Of a stretch of 64,000 nt of DNA, positions 37,536 through 48,434 are shown in pieces. The stretch's first letter is position 1. Every line of letters begins with the position of its first letter. Source of the stretch: Klebsormidium nitens (Eukaryota > Plantae > Klebsormidiophyceae); NCBI GenBank assembly GCA_000708835.1, contig DF236959.1, positions 226,938 to 290,937 on the forward strand, written 5' to 3'. Below the pieces are notes generated by a model. It worked only from the letters and a program-made list of their open reading frames with translations. It had not been told where the DNA came from and searched no databases. Made by a program: the position numbers and the translations under genes.

Positions 37536-40500
37536 ATGCCTGGAAGGCTTTCCTCACTGGCACTTGCTTCTGCACCACCCAGCATGAGGCCTTCTGGTCT
37601 GTTCCCTGGCGAAGGAGAAGCCAACGAAGTGGAACAGACAGGTATTGAACGCTCTCCACGCCGCGATCGGCTTTGCTTGCCAGATGGTCTTCCATGTCTA
37701 TCAAACGCTACAAGCTTTCCCGCCTCTCTACTCCTTGGGGCGTACCACTTGTTAGTTTCTGTATGAGATACAGGGCATCAAACAACGGTATATTCTATTG
37801 GTCAGATTGATGAGCACCTGGTTTTAATGTCTCAAGAGAAACAAATGTGGTGGGTATGTGGTGTATTCTGTGTTGGTCGGTATCTTTTCTCACCTTTCCT
37901 GGTTGTTGCCAGTGTGCATGTTGGAAATGCCTACGAACCAGCTCATATCAATAAGAAATTCTTTTCCCCAGAGTTCTGATTCTGCCTTCATTTTCCACCA
38001 CTTGGCATCGTGGCATTTAGTCTGGTGCCCAAGGAAAAGGACAGCATCTGATTTCGCCACTTACTTGAAACCACACATATCTGTGAAGCATCAAACGAAT
38101 TGCATCTTGTTGCTTCTCATCACCCCATGAGCCACTTCTTACTTGCTTCTTTAGAAGTCTCTCATAAGCATTCTTGCTTCCAAGCTTGATTGACTTTCAT
38201 CTCGACGCCTGCAGTGGAGCTTTTTGTTGTAACAAGCATCGTCTTACTGTTACAATGTGTAACTGGCTCGCAGAGGACCACACCGGGCAGAGATGGGGTT
38301 CACCATCACCGAAAGAAAGGCGCATTGCTTATGATTCTGTTGACCCATTCTGCCGGTTGCAAAAGAGGAAGGCTACGCTAGTCGATGATGCGGCGCCCTC
38401 TTCGGAATGGTGAGTGTTGTCAAAAAGCCCTTGGCCACTGAACCGGTGTCCTGAAGCAGTCGGACAGTCCGAAGATCTGATCGTAACCCCCATTAAAACG
38501 CCATGAGAGTTGTACGAATGTAACTTTAATATGAAAGTGGGGGGTTTTGTTGCATTTGAGGTGTCAATTGATCATGGTCATAGCCAATCGTTGCTGTAAA
38601 TCAATAACGAAACCCACTTTCGGAGACCTTATTTGAGACATTGAGGTTACTCAAATAGGGCCTGCAAAGCTGATGGATGCACTTGAGACACAGCTTTATG
38701 TTTAGACAACAGGCGATGAAGCCCAAAATAAAATCTGGTGCTGACTCTGAGATCCAGGTTCCATGATGGTTAGCTCGATTGACTTGCAACGCCAATCCGT
38801 GCTCTCTTGGCACACACGTCTCACTCGTTGGACAACCCTTCCGTGACAATTCATGGACGGATGCTCAGAGTAAACTCAGAGTCCAAAGTTTCGCTTTTCA
38901 TCACCTTCGTGCAATCTTTAAGAACAAAGAAACCACCCCTCAGGCAGCCAGTCAATACGCCGTATTCAATCGTTGACAACTAATCAAGTGCCTGCCCGCA
39001 GGATTTTGGAATACAGCCAGGAGATCCTGGCCCTTCTGGGGCCACGGGACGAGCCCCATGGGCTTTCCAGCCGTTCAGACGACGACGACAACGACATGCA
39101 CGATGACGACCAGGTGAGACTACTGTCTCTCACTAGTCTCTGATGGAAAGATACTGTGGACCCGCGATAAGTGTCTCAATAACACCCAAGGTTGTAATGC
39201 CGTTAGAACGTTCAGATGCATCGGCCAGAGAGGTTGTGGATACTACGGGAGGCCTACAGGAGCGGAAAAGTTATAGGGGGTGAAGATGCCGTCAAAATGC
39301 TAAATAGTGCAACAGCCTGCAAGTGTTCACATTCACACCACTGTCGACTCACACTGATAATCAGAATGTGGAGACTGAAAAATGAACGTTCTCGGGTCAA
39401 ACTTGTTTGGAATCGGCCGGACTCTTCAATCCGCTCCGCTGCGAAACCTGATCTACAAAAAGCTACAAAGACACGGGTGTCAAACCTCTGACACCCTTTC
39501 CATTTCGGCACTCTTAGCCTTCGTAACCACTGTAGCATCAAGACGTTGTCGACGGTCTTAGTTCGAAGCATGATTTGGGCAACAACACAATCAAAAGCTC
39601 AATCAAGATCTTGACTGTTTCAGGAAGAGGAGCCGGGCCCGGCACCCCCCCTGGCTGTCCGTCTCCCCCGAGCGGCTTGGGAGTTGATCGAGCTGTTCTA
39701 CCTAGGCGGCCGGCCGTCGTCTTCAGTTGCGGAGGATCTGGTCGAGTGGCTCCGGGTAAGTGCGCTGGCCTGAAGTTCTCCGCTTTCCTTGAACGACGGG
39801 CGGTTATACCGGTGGTCTTGCATGTTTTAGTATCTGATCGAGTTGTGCAAATTGAGACATCATCATTCGGACAGGGCGTCTTCTGATCGGAAAGCTCTTG
39901 ACCAAGGGAAGGGCAAGAGCTTCCATCTCTACAATGATGTGAAAGCCTGAAGATGGTCATGAACATTCTGGCATGATCGCCAAGTGTTGACGCAGACTTT
40001 TCAAACAAAAAGTCCACTTTTTAAATAAAGCGTTGGCAGCCTGCGTCACAATTCGGACTCATACAACCCGTTAATGAAGAAGAACTCTGGAAACCCTTTC
40101 GTGCCCCCTGCTCGTGGTCCCATCAACCTGCCCTCAACATGTTCTCTCGTCGGCAGGAGCTTGAAACTGTATCTTCACAGACAGCAGGGCAAGTATTGCA
40201 ACCGAAGCGGGTTTTGTTTTCCTGCAGGGAAACCACAGCGTGCTCCCCGACCCTCCCCCCGGGCGCAAGAACGCGCACACCCGTATCCAGGAGCTGCGGA
40301 CGAAACTAAAGACGAGACCAGCGGAGGACTTACCCGAGTACTGGGAGGCAATCGCGGCCATACTGGCCGTGGGATGGATCGATGCTGCCGTTTTTCTGCT
40401 GAAACAGCTGGCGTCGTTCAGCCCCGAGGATTCAAACCTGGAGGTGAGGAACACCGTTCGGGTCATTCAATCACATTGAATCAGGTTGAATCTTACCCGA

Positions 40501-43500
40501 GGAACCTGGGTTCGGCTCAACTACAATTAGGAATCGTCGAACTCGGCTACGCGATGCAAGCATCTTTCTTCTGAAATAGCTGGCGAAGTTCAGCCCCCAA
40601 GAATCTACTTTGGATCTTAGATGACGTCAGGTCTAGAGCATATGATACAGCATAGACGGGTGCGGATTGCGATTGTGATCAGTTGGTAAAGGGCTTGAAG
40701 GGCTTGTTGGAAGATCATGGATTTCCTGCATGTATCAGAACAATCTGCTTTTCTCGACGTGCGGTCTCTTGAGCTAAGCTGCTACTCGAGGGTCGCTTTG
40801 CGCAAAAGTCTTGAAGTGGGCGGAGGGCACAAACTTCGTTTTGCCCTTGCACTAGCTTCTTGTATCTCTTGACCTGAGTTGTCCGCTGAAACCTAGAAGG
40901 CCTGCGAAACTCTTCGGACTCAGTAAATGACGATTTCAAAAAAAGTATATCAGTAGTGGGAGGTCAATGAGTCGGCAGTGCCCTCGAGCAGCCCGAAAGT
41001 CTATGCGCTGTACCTCGATCTGCTGTAGGGAGGCGGCATCTGCGGGTTTTCCTTTTGAGAGCACGCTCTGCATGATAGAAGATAAGTATCACTGCATGTG
41101 AAGCCGTCGTCGTCCGTGCAGCTGGAGCGCGGCCTGATCGAGGGGCTGGCGATCCTGGTCGAGCAGATTCCGAGGTTGCGAGCCGAGGGGGAACAAGACC
41201 ACCCGAGCGTACCCACGTTTCTCAAGGTGTGGCGACGAGAATTTTGGCTCTCACTTGCATCAGAACAGAAGATGTTCGATAGTCTGTCGTGCTTCCAGCG
41301 CTTCTGCTTTGGAGGAGCAACTGGCATGGCTGCTTCGTGTCGTCATAAGGACAATCTGGAGTTCCGCGTAACCTACGTTCCAACTCTATCCTCGGAGCTT
41401 GGCAGATCTATGCCACTCTGAGGTACAAGAAACAAACGCAATTTCTGAAAGGGCGGGCGAATTAAAAGTGCACGTTGGTTTTTAGGTTGGAAAGAGGAAC
41501 GTTCGATGCCGGACCCTCAAACTTCAAATGACCATTCCTCACTAGAATAGGATAAAGAAATTTTGTCTGGTAACAAGAGGGCCCAGATACTCCCGCTCGC
41601 TGTGCGCCAGAGTGTGCTTCCCATAATTGATCAGCGAATTGAGGGTGTTCGTTTGCATGGATAACGCTTCCGAAAACTTTTCCAGAACCTCCTTTCTCGA
41701 GCTTCTTTACAGGCGCGCGAGAGCTGGAAGGGCAAAATCCAGAAGCTGCTGACGAGCCAGAACGTCTCAGGTGCAGGACGCTTTGCGCTTAAACCAGCAT
41801 CGATCAGCGACTGATGGTTTCTGAAAAGGTTCTCTCCTTGATCTTCTTTCAGGCGCGCGAGAAATGGAAGGGCAAGATTCAGAAGCTGCTGACCAGCCAA
41901 AACGTCTCAGGTGCAGGACGCTTTGCGCTTAAATCAGCATCGATCAACGATTGATGGTTTCTGGAAAGCCTCTCTCAAAGTCTCCGTGATCTTCTTTCAG
42001 GCGCGTGAGAGCTGGAAGGGCAAGATCCAGAAGCTGCTGACGAGCCAGTACGTGGCCAAGTGCCGGACGGTGGCGCGCACGGGCCTGGAGCTGGTGCGGA
42101 CGGTTCTGGCGGGCGAGAAGGACGGGCTCAAGCGGAGCACCGGACACTGGGCGGAACTGCTGGCGGCGCACCTGTTTCATCGACGGCCCAACATGAGGGT
42201 GAGGGGGATAAGTTTGCTTTAAAAGGATTGGAAGAGACCTTGTTTAAGAGTGGAGGAGACCCTTTTGATCGAAGGAGTTGGTGGTGGTATGTGAGGTGAA
42301 TGGAAGACTCTGGGATCGGATTTCCGGGAAGGTGGAGCTAGCAGCTCCAACTGGTGATACCAGACTTGCGGGTGAGGAAGTTGTTCGAGGCTTTTGAGGC
42401 AACATGTGGTGTGATAATTCGTGGCGTTGAGCGTAGGAGTCGGGTAGTTAGTCGAAGAGGGGAATGAAAAACAAGGGAGAGTTCGCAAGCGAGGTGGATA
42501 CAATGCGGCTGGGGGGTGAGAAAAGTTGGGGTGAAAAAAGTTGCTGCAAGGGCATTGCTGAACTTAAGGTTAGGCAGAAAGTTCCTAAGTGTGGCGTGAG
42601 AGTGGCGGAGGCACAGAGAAGAGACGTATGGATGCCACGAGCCACCTAAGCGGCGACACGGATGTATGGGCTTGAAGCGGGTGAATGCAGCAAGAAGAAA
42701 AAGCTTGGACCCCGCGTGATAGATCTTGAGGCCCTTCGTATTCGAAGCGCCGTTACCATAGTCAGAGCGTCTCTACGGAAACGGGAGGAAAAGACGACGC
42801 GTTCGCATTTCAGAACCGCAGTGTTTGGGGCAATTCCGTAAACATTGGGATAAGAAGGGGAAGGACAACTGGGCCGAAAGTAGATAGAAACAAGGTGACA
42901 CGGCCGAAAACGAGGACACGCAAAATGGTAGGGAGAACGGTAAATCAATCAAGAAATGCCATCGATTCCTACGCCTCACTCTTCCCCTTCTGCCCTTTTG
43001 TTCAGGCTCAGCTCGAGATTCAGCGGCTGGCCGAGGCGTGCATAGTGGAGGCGGGTCTGAGCGGTCGGGATGACGAGAGCATGACACCGTTCGACAAGAT
43101 CACGCTGGCGATCCTTGGGGGAGAAACGGAGGTACGCATTTGCTCTCGTCTTGAATCCAAGCTGCACTTTCTTGCATTCTAACCTGTGCTTACAGCAACT
43201 GGGTCTCGTTTTAGAGAGACCTAGACCTGATTCGCAACTGGCGAACATGCCTTCTGCGGCAGAGTGCCAACAATTTCCATTCCCACGAAGGCCTGACTTT
43301 TCCTATTAATTTAAGCAGCTCGGGCAGCTTGATCGCTTGTGCTGCGGCTGTTTTTCACTGCGTCCGTTACACTGTTTATGGAGAGGGTACTTCACGACGT
43401 TGTCGAGATTGAGAAAGCCAAAAGCTTCTTAAACAGGTCTCTGCAATTGCCGTTGCTGGAATCCTTTGAACGGCCCGGAAAGAACTTTATCGTGCACCTG

Positions 43501-46500
43501 TTCTTTGCTGCCCTACGGAGTAGCGTCGACCGAGATGTGTGAGCTCTTTGCGGTTGCCCGGACCGATGGGGAAGCATCACTGAATCCCTTGAAGTAGAGA
43601 TACGAGAATCGTACACCTTTTGCTGGATGCATACAGCTTCTTCCGAGCAACCTGCCAGTTTTAGTGAAAATTCTAAACCAATTTAGTCAGTCTGTTGTTG
43701 AGTGAAATCAGTCTAGATTAGATGACACTGAACTGGCAGGTTGATCGGGAGAAGCTGTATCGACGTGCAACGAACTGGGAAGCTAGAAATTGACGCAATT
43801 TTCCGTTTATTGACAAGCTCAAGCCCCTCTTGCGTCTATGTGCAGGAGGTACTGAGTTTGAGTGCCAGAACGTTCCGCCCCTGGTGAGCTCTCCGCCCAC
43901 CTTCTCTGGAAGCTGCTACGGAATCGGCTGGTTAGACTATCGTTCCTCCTTCAATCTCGTTCAGAGGCGTCCCGCTTATGTGTCGGTTCAGCAATTGTTG
44001 ACTTAGAGCGTGGACCTTGCTTTCAACCCTACTTCGGAAGTGCCAAAGCTGCTGACAGTTCCACGCGTCGTTTCGGCAAGTTATATCCACCTTATAAAAG
44101 GCTTTTTGATGAACCCACACTCCAGCATTAGGAAAACGGTGCGACGGAACCGTTCTTTAGAGCAAGTGATTGCATCAAAGAGGTACAGTCTCACCACTTT
44201 TGAGCAGACGGATTTCGTCCTTCTGTCGATCCTCAGGCGGATGCAATCCAACATTGTGAGCGCATGCTTTCATGAAACCTTTCCACCTTTTAAGATTCTT
44301 ATACACAGAGTGAGCCAGCCAAAATGAGCAAAGAAGGCGTCGCTTCCCCTCCAGGTTTCTGGCCCACGTGACCGAAGTCCTTGCGGCGTCCGGCGAGCGC
44401 GTTCACACCTTGCTCCAGGAGCCCCGGGAGGGCCTCGGGGGCTGCGGTTTGGAGGAGTCGTTCCGGCTGCAGTATGCCGAGGACGTGGCTGCAGAGGACG
44501 CCACGTGGCAGGTGGGGATTGGAAATTGCACGGTCCACAAGCGTCTCGGTTGCGGGCAATGATGCACATGGAAGACCACGGTTGAACAGACGGCGGTTGA
44601 GGGTCTGCTTGTTGTTGCGCTGCTCCGATTTTCGCTTTTGACTCGGTTTTTTGAAAGAAGATTTCTACGTTGCTTGCCACATTTACATGCACACGCGTCG
44701 GTGACAGAGGCCCGGGACGAGCGGGAAGAGGCGTTCCCATTGGAAGCAAAGTCCGCGAAGTTTTCGGCTTCGGTCAAGTATTACTCTGCCTCCCGGGCAC
44801 AAGTACTTGATTCTATCGAGCGACCAAATAAAATTAGTCGGGTTGCTTCGTGCGGGACGGCGCAAGCCTGATTTCCCTTCCCTTAATCTTGTATTCCCGG
44901 CCTTCAGATCCTAATGAAGACTTCTGCGCAGATTGCACTTTCCTTTGCAGCGCCCTGTGCTGGGCCGCGAAACTTTGAGCACTCCACATCTTCGGACCTC
45001 CCTTTCCTTGTAATTTCAATCTCTTTTGTTCCTTCTGCGCAGAACGCGCCCTTTTACCTCGCGCAGTGCCCCGTGCTGGGCCGCGGAACGCTAGAAACAC
45101 TGCTCATCAGACGGTCCGCATCAGCGGCACGCGATCCGGACGTCCTGAAGCTGCTGGACATCTGCCGCCAGTACGGCCTAGACGAGGCCGCCGTCAAGAT
45201 CTGCCGGGTTAGTGATCGTTAAATAACTTCCGCTGTCAGATGTTCGTATGAGATTCTGCAAAGCCTCTGCGAGAGTGGTGGGCCAGACCAATGAGGCCCC
45301 CATTGGAATTGCAGAGAGACCTGCCGTGAAGCCCCTTCGGTCCGCAGAAATATCCGGTGCTAGTTGCTGGTCTTGTGTGTGAAGCTTGGTTGTCACGACG
45401 ATGGCTTTCGGTCTGCTGTGCTTCAAAGAAAGGTTTTGAGCCAAGAAGACCATTTGCTACGTCGATTGGGCTTTAAATTCCCGGACCGACTCGGAGCCCA
45501 GTGGTACGAGGAAAGCTTCGTCAAAGATCGAGGCAGTTTGACAGGACTATGAATCTCCGCTGGCGATTACCACCATGGGCATGGACCGGAAGTTTTCGCA
45601 TCACTCGAGGACGTAGCTAGTGCAAATTGGTGGCCCCAATCCAGAGCGTACTTTGCAGGGCACCGTAATCCTGCCGAAACTCTCCTTTTCTGCGGAGAAG
45701 CAGTCACCGAGGTATCTGATAGTCAGCGGTGCCGTCACATTGGTCGGGAACATAGCTGATGACCTACGGTTCACACCGATGGCATCTGGGAATGTGGAGT
45801 TCAAGCGACGCGAGTGCAGTCCACGGGGATTCGCAATCGCGTGGTTGCAACAGGGCACGACAACAGGCGTCGACAAGAGCAGAACAAAAAAAAGATTCGA
45901 TCCTGAAACATTTACTAGGCAAAGCGCACACTGTGAAATCTGGATCTCACACCAGAAGATGCGGGCGTCCAACGATGGGAGCACCAGCAAAGGGGACCCG
46001 CGGTTGATGGCTGCAGCATAGGCACGACGACAAATAACCAGACTACCCAAAGATCTGGTGTGCAGGCACATCAATCAAAGCTCAAAACCCTAAACGTCAA
46101 AGCCTGTTCCGCAGAACGTGGGCGTCCAACGGTGGGAGCGCAAGCAGCGGGGATCGGCGATCGCGTGGCTGCAGCGGGGCCGCGACGACAAACGACTGAA
46201 CGCGATCGCGCACGAGCTGATTGAAGAGGTGACGAACGCGGAGGGCGAGGGCCTGGATGCGATCGGGCTGCTGCTGGACAACGTCAGCACGGCCCTGCCT
46301 CTCTCGGGCTCGCTCGCGTTTCTGCAACGGTGAGCTGACAAGAACTGTAATCTCATAGAGAGAAGCTGGTCTCTAGAAGGGGTATTGATTGTCAACCTCA
46401 TTTCATGGAGGAGGACACGTAACTCTTTTGGGCTCTATGGCGTTCCTCAACGGTGGATAGGGGACTTGACGCTCCGCAATCAAGGGTGTGGGTAAGGTCG

Positions 46501-47777
46501 TCAGATGCAAACGTCAAAGGGGTGACCTGCCGCACTCAAGCTCGCTGCGGTTTCTGCAACATTCAGTCAGCGAAGTTCTGAGACACCTCTGGGGGAGTCT
46601 TCGTTTCGGGGTTCGTAAACCACCAGTGTGGGTTGGCGTGGATGCGAATGACGGCCGCTGATTGTGGCGGCGTTCTTGCAAAATACTAAAATCTGGAACC
46701 AGAAACAGCTGCCGAGCTTTTGCAGAACTCTGGCAGCGAAGTGATTTTCGGGCACGCAGCGTGGAATGGGGCTTCCTGTGTTCAAACGCAGTTGACCCGC
46801 ACCGTGGCACTCAAAGCGAAGATGTGGCACGACTTTAACGGTCAAGCTCAGCGTACGCTCTCTTCCCCAAGGACGAGTTCAATGTACGTCTCACTTCATG
46901 TTTTTATCTGAACACGAGTCGAAGTGCACACGTATCGCAAGGAACAACTTGTGTGTCCTGCAGACGAATTTGAATTTTCTTTTTCGCCGGTGCAGGTACC
47001 GGAAATTGCAAGCGACGTTGGCCCTCTTGCGCTCGCCCCCGGCCGAGGGGCTGCCAGCGCAGTTACGGGCCGCAGGGGAAACGATTGTCGCCCTTCTGAC
47101 GCCGGGCATGGCTCCCCGCCAGTTCTGGCTCACCATACTTTTTGACGCGGTACGTTACTTTCTTGCCGGCTTTCAGGGATTCGGTGTGCAATACTAAATT
47201 CTTTCTGGAAATATGCGTTTCGTGCTAGAGGTTACGCCTTCCATCAACTCTGGCCGCCCACCTGGACCTTACGTTGGACCAATAGCAGAGCCAAGAATCG
47301 TCCTGCATGCAACGGACTACCTTTAGTGAAAGTCGCAGATGAGATCCGGCCCAAGCGGCCAGTCTTGACAAAACCTGCTGTGAAAGTTCTGTGGGTACTC
47401 TTCTGAAGATGCCAATGCTTTGGGACTGAGCGGTGACGATGTTTAGGTGCATTGCGGTACTCGTCAGTCCTAGATCCACCTCTACCGAGAAGTATTGATA
47501 CAAGAGAGCAGTGATTGCCAGCTTAGACGTGGGGAGTGAAACTCCAACGTTCTCTCTGCAGATCCCCCTTCTCGAGTGGCCGGGCTTCACAGTGTTTGAC
47601 TCGCGGCAGACCTTCCATCTGATGGCTTGCTTAGAAGAACTGCGGACTTCGCACTTGCATGACGAGTATTTGAAAAAGGGGGGTGAGGCGATTGATGAGC
47701 TGACACTGCAAAGGCTGGATCTAGCGCTTGCCACAAATCTAGGGCGGGCTTTCGTGAAGGATGCAAATCGGACATAA
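37536..47777 (+). CDS. NUP85: Nucleoporin NUP85 (Y-complex), about 691 aa
   Basis: 14 phase-consistent exons: 37536-37641, 38274-38409, 39002-39113, 39624-39755, 40228-40443, 41122-41226, 42001-42198, 43006-43131, 43846-43883, 44355-44511, 45043-45207, 46115-46329, 46996-47149, 47562-47777. Plant Nup85-like segments: RRIAYDSV, AAWELIELFY, YWEAIAAILAVGW, GSAIAWLQ, PRQFWL, LALATNLGRAF. Confidence 0.93.
41700..42080 (+). repeat. Near-identical tandem copies (140/148-bp period) of NUP85 acceptor plus exon-7 start
   Basis: AG|GCGCG(C/T)GAGA(G/A)(C/A)TGGAAGGGCAA begins at 41713, 41853 and 42001 (the functional exon). Confidence 0.92.
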
Positions 47778-48434
47778 GGCCCGTGTTGAACCAAGACTGA
47801 TTCTTTCGATGGTCAGCGTCTGTATGCTTCAAATCGTTCGAGTCCTTCGTTTGTGACTGGTATGAAACTCTGCTTTCATGCATCAGGGAGTAAATCACTA
47901 TATGGGCCTATAATCGAATCATTGAGTACGATCATGTTGAAATGACTGCAGGGTCAGGTCGATCAATGCATGCCAGAGATGCACGTCTTTTCATGATTAT
48001 AGCCTATATCGGATGTCACTGTGGTTATACGTGACTGCTGGCAAATTCACATATGGGGAAAAAGGCCTATAGTACGTCGGCCGGACCGACATGCATATGA
48101 TCAATTGCATGAACGATTTTTGCAACGATCGTCTGCATGCAGCGCATGTCCGATCCACTGAGCTGATCGTAATTTGCATGCTTCGCCGGAAACCAATCCA
48201 ATCGAACATATATCGCGTTCAAAATTCAGTGACATTCTGCCCATGGCTTCACCTTTACACATCCAACTATACATGTCACCCACGTCGTGCGCTGAAGCTT
48301 GGACGACAGTTAGGCCCGCACATGTGCATTCAATGATTGCAATTGCATTGACAACCCAGTATACTTCATCTCCTGTCGAAAGAAGAATTACGACAAACTC
48401 GACTTCGCCCTCCATTGATGCATCTATGATAAAC

